Shown: positions 29,357-39,494 of the stretch, one piece after another
Numbering within the stretch: the first letter of the stretch is position 1
Layout of the letters: every line of letters begins with the position of its first letter
Source: a virus
Virus record (IMG/VR): IMGVR_UViG_3300010885_077086
Location: 1-64,000 of that record
Reading direction: 5' to 3' (one strand)
DNA length: 64,000 nt
Program-made: the position numbers and the translations under genes
Notes under the pieces: model-generated
Told to the model about the DNA's origin: nothing
Databases searched by the model: none
Seen by the model: only the letters and a program-made list of their open reading frames with translations

Positions 29357-30817
29357 ATGAGTAGCTTGAGATTGGCAAAATTAGCACAGTTAATGAAGGA
29401 AGCAAAAGAACAATATTTTAATCTATATAATAATATGGATGACCCAATATATGTAAACCAGAAGGGTCGCACAATAAGCGATGTTGAGGTTTTGCCAGGA
29501 AAAACACTATCTGGCTGCATTACAAGTTCCGATCTAACTGTCTATTATAGAAACTTGATGAAAGGAAAAGACTCAAAGGTTATTAGCTCAAATGAACTAA
29601 TAGCACTACTCCCATCCTTAACTACAAAAAAGGGCGAGCTAAGTCCAACTTTAAATGTATCTAAAGTTCTAATTAATGTTGTTATTGAGAAATATAACTC
29701 TGCTAATAAATTGGCTGGAATGAGAAAAGTTGCTGAAGATGGGCAAAGCTATGATGATACAGAATATCCAGAAGTAACTGCCGCAGAAACAAAAGAAAGT
29801 TATATTGCAAGAGCAAAAGGATTAGGATCATCACAAAGTGATGCTCAACTTGGGGCAAATTATGATAGATCTGTTGCTTCTTATTCTGCACAAAATTCTG
29901 GTTCAAGTAATAGTACAACCAAAAAGATTCAGACAACAAGAAAAGCACCAGCAAGAGCATATTCTGATGTAATAAAAAGAGATCTTTGGAAAAAAACAGT
30001 AAAAGATAATGCTGGATATACATTTGTAATAGGTGCAGATGGAAAAAGCCTAACATATAGCAAAAATAACTCTCCGGCAAAAACACTAAATCAGTCCTAT
30101 GGAAATTGGCCTCAGTTAGTTAAAAATATAGATGGACTTACTCCTGTTGCTGGATCAGATTCTGCTGCAGCAACAACTGGTGCTACAGATGCTGCAAGGC
30201 CAGCAGAAGCGGCAACACCAGCAAAGACTGAAGAGGCAAAGCCAGCTGCAACAGACTTTAGCGCAAAAGAAACAGTTTTAGGCCAAGTACTACAAAAAAT
30301 GTATGACAATAAGCTTGTTGGAACGCCAGGCATTGATTTTGTAAAAGAGTCAAGAAGAGCAAAGATAATTATGGATGGTGCAGGATCTGGCCCAGGAACT
30401 GGAAAATCTGCTGCATATGCAGTTGCAAAGCTGATTTTAAATGAGAATGCAGGATTAGAGGCCTCAATTCCTAGTTCATATGCAGAGGCAATATCAAGCA
30501 AACAATTTCTAACTCCTCTTCAAGAGGCTATAAATGCATTTTATGATAATGCATTTAAATGGTCAAGAACAGCAGCAGGCCCAGAACATGCAGGATTCTG
30601 GAAGAGATTAGGAGGAAGAACTCTTGATGATAAGGCGGCAACAACAATATTGGCCGGATATATAAGAAGTGGTCTTGGCGCAAGAATAACAAGATCATCA
30701 AGCCACGTTGATCCAAAGATAAAAAAGCTTGCAACACTTCGCAGACTAAGGGTTCGCTCTCAGATGGAAGCTGCAACAGAATCATCAACCAGATTTGGTC
30801 GCTCTAGAATTTCTTAA
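29357..30817 (+). CDS. Large probable virion protein, partial paralog of upstream gene
   Basis: Shared C-terminal domain and KLATLRRLRVR. Confidence 0.6.
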   Translation: MSSLRLAKLAQLMKEAKEQYFNLYNNMDDPIYVNQKGRTISDVEVLPGKTLSGCITSSDLTVYYRNLMKGKDSKVISSNELIALLPSLTTKKGELSPTLNVSKVLINVVIEKYNSANKLAGMRKVAEDGQSYDDTEYPEVTAAETKESYIARAKGLGSSQSDAQLGANYDRSVASYSAQNSGSSNSTTKKIQTTRKAPARAYSDVIKRDLWKKTVKDNAGYTFVIGADGKSLTYSKNNSPAKTLNQSYGNWPQLVKNIDGLTPVAGSDSAAATTGATDAARPAEAATPAKTEEAKPAATDFSAKETVLGQVLQKMYDNKLVGTPGIDFVKESRRAKIIMDGAGSGPGTGKSAAYAVAKLILNENAGLEASIPSSYAEAISSKQFLTPLQEAINAFYDNAFKWSRTAAGPEHAGFWKRLGGRTLDDKAATTILAGYIRSGLGARITRSSSHVDPKIKKLATLRRLRVRSQMEAATESSTRFGRSRIS

Positions 30818-31076
30818 TCTTTAAGATTAGCTCTCCAGAGCCCTTAACCAAACGATGCCACTCACCCTTACGGATTGAGTGGCAATCTCCTTTCATAAGT
30901 AATACGGGAAGGGCATTGTCTCTCTGAAACTCCCAACCATCGCCAGCGACTAGGCTAATCTCCCTGTCCTCTCCATCCCTGTGCCATGTAAGCTCTTCGT
31001 CGTGAACACTATCAGAAAAGCGACGGATAAACCACCCGTCGCCCTCTTCAACCTCTTTAAAAGGTAAGCCTACCAT
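30804..31076 (-). CDS. Cupin-like conserved phage protein
   Basis: WHRD.EDR, GWEFQRDN.LP, WHRLVKG. Confidence 0.7.
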   Translation of the reverse strand: MVGLPFKEVEEGDGWFIRRFSDSVHDEELTWHRDGEDREISLVAGDGWEFQRDNALPVLLMKGDCHSIRKGEWHRLVKGSGELILKIKKF

Positions 31077-31732
31077 CTACCCTCAAACTTTAGGCCTAGC
31101 TGCTTCTTATAGCGGTGTAGATTGCAAGACCAATATCTTGCACCGGTCTTTGGGCCGGGATTATCGCAGTTATGTCTGGCAAGGAATGACTTTCTTCTCT
31201 CTGGATTATTTGCCTTAACAGAAAGATTTGCATCACCAAAGGTTATTGTTTTTACGTTGCCTGTTGCAGGATTTTTAACGTGAACAATAAATTTCTTTTT
31301 GCCGTGACCAGGATCATTCTTTCCAATTCTTCTTGGAGAATTTAATCTTCCTGGGCTTTTCTTTTTCTTTTTATCAGCAGCTGTCTTAACATAATAAGAT
31401 TCATCGTCATCAATCTCTATTGGAAGATCGAGAGGAACCTCAACTCCATCTAGCATGGCAGTCTTGCCAATGTCGGTATTTAGGAGCCATTCGTCCTCTT
31501 CGCAAACAGAGAGTGCTCCCATCTTCCAAAGATCCCTTGCCTCATTGAATAGTGAGAGATACTCTGAAGAGTGAATACGGAATGTATTTGAAGCAAGCTT
31601 AATTCTGTTGTCAAGATGATACTTTAAAGCTGCTGATACTTGAAGCTCTGGAATAAGCAGAACTGCTCCCTTGCTCTTTTCAATTTTATCTGAAAGTGAT
31701 GCTATTTTTTGAATTCTTTCTGCCCTATCCAT
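31070..31732 (-). CDS. Conserved large-phage protein
   Basis: KKFIVHVKNP...TFGD...RRKSFLARHNC...RYWSC. Confidence 0.7.
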   Translation of the reverse strand: MDRAERIQKIASLSDKIEKSKGAVLLIPELQVSAALKYHLDNRIKLASNTFRIHSSEYLSLFNEARDLWKMGALSVCEEDEWLLNTDIGKTAMLDGVEVPLDLPIEIDDDESYYVKTAADKKKKKSPGRLNSPRRIGKNDPGHGKKKFIVHVKNPATGNVKTITFGDANLSVKANNPERRKSFLARHNCDNPGPKTGARYWSCNLHRYKKQLGLKFEGRW

Positions 31733-31769
31733 TCTTTCTCCATTTAAAATTATAGAGAAGTATTAGTAC

Positions 31770-31795
31770 AAAAAAGGCGGGGTCAATGCCCCGCC
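31770..31795 (-). terminator. Rho-independent terminator immediately followed by TACTAATA motif
   Basis: GGCGGGG/CCCCGCC stem plus 6 U. Confidence 0.75.
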
Positions 31796-31824
31796 AAATT
31801 AATTCTTTTAGAATTTAAATTAAA

Positions 31825-32670
31825 TCAACTACTTGATCCAAGTAGCCGATTATTCAGAATCTCCTTTGCGCGCTTCTTCTTAAGGTGGGTACTACCAAGC
31901 ATCATCGGAATAAGAGCTGCATCAATCTTTTGAAGAGCCTGACAGAAAATATCTGCGGAACGGTCATTTATAAAGGAAGCAAGTCGAGCATCGCCAGCAG
32001 CAAGAATATTGATAGCATAACGCCTTACGGGGGCATGAGGATCTTTAATCATCTTGTCCACATTTGATACGGGGCCAAGCTTAATATAGGCAGCAAGCCG
32101 AACCTTATCGTAATCTGAATCCAAAAAAATTGGAGCATCAGAAGGATCGCAAAGCTCCAAAGCATGAGACTGCATATTTAGCGGAAGAGATAGGATCATC
32201 TTGTTTTTTACGGACTCAAAAAGAAAGTCCATATTTATTAGATTTCTAGATACAATCCTAGCCTTAATATCGTCGCTGGTTGTTTTAGAAAAAAGAGCCT
32301 TCTTTGCAAGCTCTGGCTTTGAGACAAGCCAAGAAGATATATTCTCTAGCAGCTGCCAATCCATATACCTTGAGTTATTATTTCCCTGTAGTGCCCCAGA
32401 TACAAGCAAAAAAGAATTAACATTAAAAAGCATTGAGATATAATGTGCTTCGGTTAATAGTGTTTGCTGATAGAGAACGTCTCCACTATTAATATAAACA
32501 TACCTACTTGGATTACCAGCTGCGACATTTGCAGCCCTCTGCTTTGTCTCAAGGTTTGATCGAATTGTTGAAAAGTTATTCCAAATTCTAGAATATTCAT
32601 TGTTGTCAATTTGAACGAGCTGAGGATTAAAGGTATCAAGAAGAACATCGTTAACAGTTAGGCTGTGCAT
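31825..32670 (-). CDS. HEAT-repeat-like protein, paralog of 3804-4532
   Basis: SDYDKVR / DPHAPVR / DRSADIF; IPMMLGS. Confidence 0.65.
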   Translation of the reverse strand: MHSLTVNDVLLDTFNPQLVQIDNNEYSRIWNNFSTIRSNLETKQRAANVAAGNPSRYVYINSGDVLYQQTLLTEAHYISMLFNVNSFLLVSGALQGNNNSRYMDWQLLENISSWLVSKPELAKKALFSKTTSDDIKARIVSRNLINMDFLFESVKNKMILSLPLNMQSHALELCDPSDAPIFLDSDYDKVRLAAYIKLGPVSNVDKMIKDPHAPVRRYAINILAAGDARLASFINDRSADIFCQALQKIDAALIPMMLGSTHLKKKRAKEILNNRLLGSSS

Positions 32671-32909
32671 TACTTATTTTCTCCTAAAATAATGTTCATA
32701 AGCTTATTGTAGAATTTAATATCGGCAAGAGCTTCTTTAAAAATATATATTGTAACAATGAAATTTAAAATTGGCATTAGGGTGAATGGAAAAAGTCCTT
32801 CTGCATCGTCCCTAGTCATAACATTTCTTTGACAAGCCCTACGAAGAGCTAGCCAAAGCGTAAGCATTGGCAAAAGGTAAAAGAATCCAATTACTGAAAA
32901 TATAATCAT
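32670..32909 (-). CDS. Small membrane protein
   Basis: Two hydrophobic segments. Confidence 0.6.
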   Translation of the reverse strand: MIIFSVIGFFYLLPMLTLWLALRRACQRNVMTRDDAEGLFPFTLMPILNFIVTIYIFKEALADIKFYNKLMNIILGENK

Positions 32910-33319
32910 TTATCACCAACTTTTGTAACATTCACTCCAAATTCTCTTAGAAGATCTATTCCAGAAGAATCTCTATAATCCTCTAGATAGAATACCTCAT
33001 CAATTGAAGCATTTAGAATTAACTTTGCACAGGCCAAGCAGGGAGAGAGTGTAACATACATCTTTTTTCCCTTTGGATTATTATAGTCCATTTTAATCAG
33101 CGCATTATTTTCTGCATGAATAAAGCCAGACTTTCCCGGTTCATCGGACTCAACTATGTTCTTTCCGCCACGATGATTTCCATTGTAGCCAACGGCAAGA
33201 ACCTGTGTATTGTCGTCAGTTACGATAACTGCGCCAACCTTAAATCTAGGGTCATAAGACCTCTGCGCTATGATCTTTGCAAAGTCGGACCAAATCTGAT
33301 CCCAAGTGGGTCGTTCCAT
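32906..33319 (-). CDS. dCMP deaminase
   Basis: RPTWD, VGAVIV, GYNG, HAE, SPCLAC. Confidence 0.93.
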   Translation of the reverse strand: MERPTWDQIWSDFAKIIAQRSYDPRFKVGAVIVTDDNTQVLAVGYNGNHRGGKNIVESDEPGKSGFIHAENNALIKMDYNNPKGKKMYVTLSPCLACAKLILNASIDEVFYLEDYRDSSGIDLLREFGVNVTKVGDK

Positions 33320-33325
33320 GCTCAT

Positions 33326-33353
33326 AACTTATGCACCGCTGGAGAAAAGTCAA
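33326..33353 (-). promoter_or_regulatory. Early promoter (probably leaderless transcript)
   Basis: TTGACT-N16-TAAGTT with CGGTGC; ATG 33319 lies 7 nt downstream. Confidence 0.65.
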
Positions 33354-33889
33354 TCCCTAGTATCAACTTTTTCAAATTTAAATAGAGAGTCCATATTATA
33401 ATAGGTTGTATCTTGGATAAAATCGCTTTTATTTTCTCTAAGAAAAACCTTTGTATGGATTGAATAGAGTCCAGATGAAGGCGGAATACCTACGGTAAAC
33501 CTATACTCAACCTCTCCTCCACCATCTACATATGAATATTTCCAATCTGGAGGAAAAAGCGGTGTCTTATCTACTGCTTTAATTGGAAATTCTACCGCTT
33601 TAATACCATCAATATCTATTATCTTATATTCAGAATTAGATGGAAGATGTCTTACAAAAAACTCTGCTTTATCAAAATATAGTCTAACTGACCCGTTATT
33701 CTTTACCCTAACCCAAACAATAGCCACCAATCCTGTATTGGATCTTCTAATGGTTTTTATACCTGACTCTAGTTTTGGCTTTGGGTAAAGCTCTCTTTTT
33801 AAAAGAAAGTCTTTTAAGATCCAGATACCGGCAGCAAAAGAAGTAATTGTTGGAAAAAGCACCTTTGGATCAGAGAATATCTCTATCAT
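33350..33889 (-). CDS. Membrane-anchored hypothetical protein
   Basis: N-terminal TM, beta-rich domain. Confidence 0.6.
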   Translation of the reverse strand: MIEIFSDPKVLFPTITSFAAGIWILKDFLLKRELYPKPKLESGIKTIRRSNTGLVAIVWVRVKNNGSVRLYFDKAEFFVRHLPSNSEYKIIDIDGIKAVEFPIKAVDKTPLFPPDWKYSYVDGGGEVEYRFTVGIPPSSGLYSIHTKVFLRENKSDFIQDTTYYNMDSLFKFEKVDTRD

Positions 33890-34218
33890 GTTAGTTTTAG
33901 CTCCGACAGCCTAAATAATATCCAATCCATGCATTGTGGCGTGTTTTCTTGGGCATAGGCAAACCATTCTTGCTTTGATGACTCAATCATTTCTTCATCT
34001 TTGAAGGTGTAGAATATTAGTTCATTTCCAGAGGCATGATAATGCTCTAAAAGCCAAATTATCTCTTTTCCATCCCACCACCCAAGAGAAGCAACATCAG
34101 AAGTTCCTTTTATTGGTATAAAAAAGAACATTCTGTGCTCTGGAAAATCAAAGCTATCGCTATCCCAAAAATTCCAAGGTAATGGCAAAGGCTCTAAGAT
34201 TGAGTCAGGCATTACCAT
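33886..34218 (-). CDS. 'WxLF(N)' tail family protein
   Basis: QENTPQCMDWILFRL. Confidence 0.65.
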   Translation of the reverse strand: MVMPDSILEPLPLPWNFWDSDSFDFPEHRMFFFIPIKGTSDVASLGWWDGKEIIWLLEHYHASGNELIFYTFKDEEMIESSKQEWFAYAQENTPQCMDWILFRLSELKLT

Positions 34219-35005
34219 TTCCTGTCAATTTTGCAAGAAAGATCTTCTTTGTTTCCTTATCATACTGAGAGAGCTTATTAAATAGATCAAGATAAAATGG
34301 AATTTCATCTGCAGAAAGATGATATGCTAGCTTATTAAAGATATCTCGCTCATAAAATGGAATTTTGTCACCGGCCTCCTTCTTTTGAACAAGCTCTCTG
34401 ATCTCTTCGGCGTTAAACTCATCATTAAGAAATGCTCGGCTTCTATTGTAGCGATAGCCGGACGACTTCTCTACGTCAAGCATATTGATGTAGCCAATGC
34501 GGATAGAGAGCCTATTTAGAATAGCTGCATTCTTTTCTGTGTTTACTATTTCAAGAAGATCCTTAACGGGAAGAATATTTACTGCAAGCTTCCTAGCGCG
34601 AGTGTCGCGTGACTTAAGGCCAATCCTTGCAGCCTTAAGCTTATCCTTGCCAAGTGCTGAGTTAATAGTTGCAATACGAAATACCCCAGCAGAAAGTGTA
34701 ATAAGATCCTTCTTATGCTTTGCTGATGTATAAATAAGCTTCTTTACTGCCTTAGAAATTATAGAATAATAATTCTTAAGGTTTACAACTGGCGGTGTAT
34801 TATAGCTACAGGTATATATCGGATAAGAGTTCCAATGGCGATCAGAAATTACTGCACGAAATTCTGTTGTGTTGAGAGACTTCATGTGCTCAAAAAGCTT
34901 ATCTGATGTACCCCCAAGTGCATCACTATTAGAATAACGACTCCTTCCAATTTCTGGATAATTTGTGGAAAGATGATCGTAAAAATCTGAGATATGCTTC
35001 TTCAT
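34205..35005 (-). CDS. HEAT-like hypothetical protein
   Basis: KAARIGLKSRDTRARKLAVNILP...EIPFYL; start re-called at MKKHI. Confidence 0.6.
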   Translation of the reverse strand: MKKHISDFYDHLSTNYPEIGRSRYSNSDALGGTSDKLFEHMKSLNTTEFRAVISDRHWNSYPIYTCSYNTPPVVNLKNYYSIISKAVKKLIYTSAKHKKDLITLSAGVFRIATINSALGKDKLKAARIGLKSRDTRARKLAVNILPVKDLLEIVNTEKNAAILNRLSIRIGYINMLDVEKSSGYRYNRSRAFLNDEFNAEEIRELVQKKEAGDKIPFYERDIFNKLAYHLSADEIPFYLDLFNKLSQYDKETKKIFLAKLTGNGNA

Positions 35006-35055
35006 TCTCGCCTCGCCATTTAGGGTTGCGCCGAATATGCTCTTCCGGCCTGCAT

Positions 35056-35083
35056 AATCTAAGCACAAAAAGAAGAAGGTCAA
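35056..35083 (-). promoter_or_regulatory. Early promoter
   Basis: TTGACC-N16-TAGATT with GTGC. Confidence 0.65.
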
Positions 35084-35136
35084 GTGGCAGTCTGATTTTT
35101 TTCAGCTAATATCTATTGAAAATAAGAAGAGGAACT

Positions 35137-36396
35137 ATGAAGTTTGGTACCGATGGACTAAGAGGAAAATTTGGCGAAGTAATCACAACCGATCTTGCCT
35201 ACGATTTTGGGCTTGCCTTTGCTGTCTCTAGAATAGCCTCCAGCGCATCCGTTACGCTGGCCGTAGCGAAAGATACCCGAACCTCTGGCGACCGCCTAGA
35301 GGCTTACCTAGTGGCCGGAATGAGGCGTACCGGGGCCAATGTGATCTCTATAGGAGTTACTCCAACGGCAGCTCTAAGTCATTTTGTCCTAGAGAAAGGA
35401 TTGCAGGGAGGCATAATGATAACAGCCTCTCACAACCCACCAGAAGATAATGGGCTGAAGCCACTAAATCATCTTGGCGAAAAGTTAAGCGCACAAGAAA
35501 GAGCGTCAGTTGAGGACTACTTTGGATTTAAACCAGGAAATACTAGCTTATCGGGCACTTCTCATGAAATTTCATCAGGCTGGATACCTTGGATGACAAA
35601 GATTTGGTCATTCATAAAGGAATCTGGCGCAGAAAACTCTCTAATTGGAGAGAAGATAGTTGTAGATGGTGCAAATGGAGCAGGAAGATTCCTTATTGGA
35701 CAAGCTCTTTCTCCATTTGGCGCAAAGATATTAAGCATTGGAACGGGAGATGGAGAGAGGATTAATGTTGGTTGTGGCTCACTTCATCCAGAGAAGATGG
35801 TCAATACCGTATTAGCATCGGGCGCGATTGCCGGAATAGCCTTGGATGGGGATGGAGATCGTATTCAGATCTGCGATAGATGGGGCAAATTATACGATGG
35901 TGACGACATACTTTGGCTACTAAAAGGAAAATCAAAAGTAATTGTAGGTACAGTAATGAGCAATGAAGGACTCTTTCAATCATTACGTGGAAATGGAGTC
36001 TCTCTTCATAGAGCTGCAGTTGGTGATGCAAATGTTGCTATATCAATGAAAGAGCTTGGTGCAAGAATAGGAGGCGAACCATCTGGCCATATCTTAATTG
36101 ACGGTGGTATGCCAACAAGCTGTGGTGTATTTACTGCTGCAAAATTATTGACATTAGATCCAAAAAAATGGATGAATAGCCTGGAAGGATTTAGCAAAAC
36201 TTATCAGTCAATAGAAAAAATTAAATTACAAGATATATCACATTTAGACAAAAAGATTGCCGAACTTTCAGTACATGGATTAAGAGTTGTAATTAGAGAA
36301 AGTGGAACAGAACCAGTAATTAGAATCCTTGTTGAAGGAGAAAAATCTATTTGTATTTCTGCAATGAATGATCTATTAAGTATGGTGAAAAAATGA
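35137..36396 (+). CDS. glmM: Phosphoglucosamine mutase
   Basis: FGTDGLRG, TASHNP, DGDGDR, GTVMSN, GGEPSGH, SGTEP. Confidence 0.9.
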   Translation: MKFGTDGLRGKFGEVITTDLAYDFGLAFAVSRIASSASVTLAVAKDTRTSGDRLEAYLVAGMRRTGANVISIGVTPTAALSHFVLEKGLQGGIMITASHNPPEDNGLKPLNHLGEKLSAQERASVEDYFGFKPGNTSLSGTSHEISSGWIPWMTKIWSFIKESGAENSLIGEKIVVDGANGAGRFLIGQALSPFGAKILSIGTGDGERINVGCGSLHPEKMVNTVLASGAIAGIALDGDGDRIQICDRWGKLYDGDDILWLLKGKSKVIVGTVMSNEGLFQSLRGNGVSLHRAAVGDANVAISMKELGARIGGEPSGHILIDGGMPTSCGVFTAAKLLTLDPKKWMNSLEGFSKTYQSIEKIKLQDISHLDKKIAELSVHGLRVVIRESGTEPVIRILVEGEKSICISAMNDLLSMVKK

Positions 36397-36950
36397 AAAA
36401 TGAAAAATTATTTCAAATATTTGCTTCTTCAAAAGAAAAATGGCAGCACATTAAGCTGCCAGTAAAAAAAGAGGGATTATCTCCAGTGATGTCTAAAGAA
36501 ACCTTGGATTATCACTGGGGCAAGCTATACAAGGGATATGTTGAAAAAGCAAATAACGGTATTGGTGGAGACTTTCAAAAGGCTGGTGCTTTTCTACATA
36601 CAATATTTTTTGATCAATTTAAGGAGCCAAGCGGAAAAAATAATCCGACCGGATTAATTTCTGAATTAATTGACAGAGAATTTGGTGCTCTTAATAATCT
36701 AAAAGACAAAATGAAAGAAGAAGCTATGAAGATCCAAGGCTCTGGCTGGGTTTATCTTTCGCAATCAGGAAAAATAAAGGTCATAAAAAATCATGAAATA
36801 AAAAATGATATATTGTTGCTGATAGATTGGTGGGAACATGCTTGGGCTTTGGATTACCAATCTGATAAAGAAGCTTATTTTGATAATATCTGGAAGATTA
36901 TCGATTGGGATAAGATAAATAAAAAGATAGGGAAAAAAGATGAACAATAA
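36393..36950 (+). CDS. sod: Fe/Mn superoxide dismutase
   Basis: LSPVMS.ETLDYH, FLH, QGSGW, DWWEHAW. Confidence 0.9.
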   Translation: MKNEKLFQIFASSKEKWQHIKLPVKKEGLSPVMSKETLDYHWGKLYKGYVEKANNGIGGDFQKAGAFLHTIFFDQFKEPSGKNNPTGLISELIDREFGALNNLKDKMKEEAMKIQGSGWVYLSQSGKIKVIKNHEIKNDILLLIDWWEHAWALDYQSDKEAYFDNIWKIIDWDKINKKIGKKDEQ

Positions 36951-37575
36951 GATTAGAGCATTAATTAAAATTTTAAAGACATCAGGAATGATTGATGTTG
37001 CAAATAATATAATAAAAATTGCACAAGACAGATCTTCTGGAATCTTTTATCACGGATCTCCAAAGAAATTTGATACATTTGATAGAAGTAGAAGTAACTA
37101 TAGGGGATTGACTTACTTTACGCCAAAAAGAGAATTTGCAGTTGCATTTGCAGGAGGAAGAGGGCTTGATAAAGGATATGTTTACAGCATTTCATTTGCA
37201 AAGCCACTTAATCTTTTTGATGCAACAGATTTAACCAATATAGAGTCGCTTAGGCCAATAATAAAATCGCTTGTTGATGGTGGAGTAAAAGATTCTGTTA
37301 CGGGAGTTGACTTTAATCCAGCTGGAAAAACAATAAATTTAAATGGTGAAGAAATAAAAAATCCAAACTCAGATCAAATGACAGAATGGATGATATGGAG
37401 GATTAAGAATAAATCCTGGAGAATTTTAGAAGGAGAAGCCGTAACCAGCTTCATAGAAGGAGCTGGTTACGACGGCATTGTAACTCAAGAAAGCGCAATA
37501 GACAATATTGGAGTTTTTGATACTTCTTTAATTAAGATAGAAAATATTGAGGAAATAGAGGTAGATCCAGATTAA
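36940..37575 (+). CDS. ADP-ribosyltransferase-like (YHGS) virion protein
   Basis: FYHGS, YFTP...A..FA, GYVY, GYDGI, IGVFD. Confidence 0.6.
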   Translation: MNNKIRALIKILKTSGMIDVANNIIKIAQDRSSGIFYHGSPKKFDTFDRSRSNYRGLTYFTPKREFAVAFAGGRGLDKGYVYSISFAKPLNLFDATDLTNIESLRPIIKSLVDGGVKDSVTGVDFNPAGKTINLNGEEIKNPNSDQMTEWMIWRIKNKSWRILEGEAVTSFIEGAGYDGIVTQESAIDNIGVFDTSLIKIENIEEIEVDPD

Positions 37576-38702
37576 TCCCAATCTGGTCGAACATGAAGTC
37601 CTACGGGGAATCTTGGGCGTCCCTCATCTGTAAGTCCTTGATATCTTACGGTAAGTGGTTTGCCAATATAAGACTCTAGATTAGCCCACATTTCACTTCG
37701 CTCTTCAACAGAGCCGCGAGGTCTAACATCAAACTCCAATCCAGAGTCCATCTTGCACTTAAAGATTACAGTGCCAGACTCTCTACCCTGTCCTTCTTTG
37801 CCGCCAATAATCTCAAACTCCGCATCATCGAAAGACTTTATTTTTAAAAGTGACGTGCTACGATATTTGAAAGAATATAGTCCATCAAGATTTCTTATCA
37901 TTGCTCCTTCGTAGCCAGCCTCTATTGCCTCTGCTTGACCTGCCAGAGCCTCCTCTGAAGAAGAGACGATTTTAGTTGGACAAATAACAATTCTTGTGGT
38001 TCCCGCCACAAAGAGAATGTCAGAAGTTAGCTCTCTTGATTGTGGAGAGAATCTATCTAGAAAACGCTCCTTAAAAGTTTTGGTTGTAGATGGGGCATCG
38101 TAAATATAATAATGAAGGTTTGGAGTATCTGAATTACGCTTCTTGATTGCGGAGCCAATTCTCTGAAATGTCCATCCGTGATGGTAAAGCTCTCCGTCAA
38201 GAGATTCTCCTTCACTTAGGATCTTAGAGAGTTCTTCTTTGATTTCGATTGGAATGTCAAGAGACTTTCCTTTTCTAGACCAAAGATGAACGACTCCATC
38301 TTCTTTTTTAGAAAGACATCTGAACCCATCCAGCTTGTTCTGAAGTGCAGCTTTATACTTTATTTTAGAGCTATGGTCAGACCACTTGTGAGCCAGCATT
38401 GGAAGAAAGAATCCAGAAGATTCATCTTTGATGTCCTCAACTTTCTCCGCATAGCCTTCGTCCCTCTTCTTGTTGAGGTCAGAGCGAGCTTCAGATAGAG
38501 CCTGCTCATAAGGAGTGGTCTCATTTATCTTGCCAATATTCTTACCAGACTGAATTATTCTATCATCAGTCTGCTTTTTTCCATCATCATAACCATGTTG
38601 AATACGAAGAGTGGCGGTTCCATCTGAATTTTGAATAACTTCAGCTGACCACATCTTGATCTTGCCAAGAGTGGACTTTCCATATAGGATCGGCAGTTGC
38701 AT
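37572..38702 (-). CDS. ATP-dependent DNA ligase
   Basis: PMLA, KLDGFR, LDGELY, YEGAMIR, LLKIK, PRFP. Confidence 0.93.
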   Translation of the reverse strand: MQLPILYGKSTLGKIKMWSAEVIQNSDGTATLRIQHGYDDGKKQTDDRIIQSGKNIGKINETTPYEQALSEARSDLNKKRDEGYAEKVEDIKDESSGFFLPMLAHKWSDHSSKIKYKAALQNKLDGFRCLSKKEDGVVHLWSRKGKSLDIPIEIKEELSKILSEGESLDGELYHHGWTFQRIGSAIKKRNSDTPNLHYYIYDAPSTTKTFKERFLDRFSPQSRELTSDILFVAGTTRIVICPTKIVSSSEEALAGQAEAIEAGYEGAMIRNLDGLYSFKYRSTSLLKIKSFDDAEFEIIGGKEGQGRESGTVIFKCKMDSGLEFDVRPRGSVEERSEMWANLESYIGKPLTVRYQGLTDEGRPRFPVGLHVRPDWD

Positions 38703-38721
38703 TTTATTACTCCATTATTAG

Positions 38722-39480
38722 TTAGGAAATTCCGAGAATATCATAAACAGTTGATTCTGTTGACACTTCAACTGCATAAATTACAAGATTACCCCCAGTT
38801 GAGGCAGATCTTTGAATCTTTACAAATAAAAGATCATCTTTAGAATCAAATGAAATATTTGCAGAAAGTGTTATTTTTCTTCTTGTATTATCTACAAATG
38901 ATGTTGATGCAGCGGTGGATATAGTTCCAGTTACTGATGGTGATGTTGATGTTCCAATTTTTGATACTTTTGTATAAATAAGATTTATTGGATAGCTTGT
39001 AAATGTTGTTGCATTTTCAAACTCACATGTTATAATTACAGATATTTTAGACCCTTTATTCAGCAGCTCATGAGCAGGTATGGTTATTGAGTCAAAAGAT
39101 GCCTGCATTAGAAGTCCTGGGGTATCAAAGGTAAATGACGCAGATGTAGTATCTGCAACATTTATTACAGGCTGAAAGAGAGGGGAAACTGCAGCAGAAG
39201 AATATCCGTTTGAGTCAAGCCACTCCAATAGGGACATTGGAACTTGCCTTGTTACAATAATAGAAGAGCTAGAAAAATCAATAACTCCAGATGGAGTTGA
39301 TATAGAGACATCTCCAGAAAAATCTGCAGTTCCAGAAAAGGACATTGATCCTCCACCAGATAAATCTAGATTAGTGCTAGATAGAAGTCCAGTAACAACT
39401 AAATCTGAGTCAACTGTCAGAGTTCCACTGCCATTACCAACGACTATTTTATGATCATCAGAATATCTATCGGTTGCCAT
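38722..39480 (-). CDS. Beta-rich structural (fiber/decoration-like) protein
   Basis: S/T/G-rich repetitive beta N-terminus. Confidence 0.45.
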   Translation of the reverse strand: MATDRYSDDHKIVVGNGSGTLTVDSDLVVTGLLSSTNLDLSGGGSMSFSGTADFSGDVSISTPSGVIDFSSSSIIVTRQVPMSLLEWLDSNGYSSAAVSPLFQPVINVADTTSASFTFDTPGLLMQASFDSITIPAHELLNKGSKISVIITCEFENATTFTSYPINLIYTKVSKIGTSTSPSVTGTISTAASTSFVDNTRRKITLSANISFDSKDDLLFVKIQRSASTGGNLVIYAVEVSTESTVYDILGIS

Positions 39481-39494
39481 ATTTTTATCCTAAT

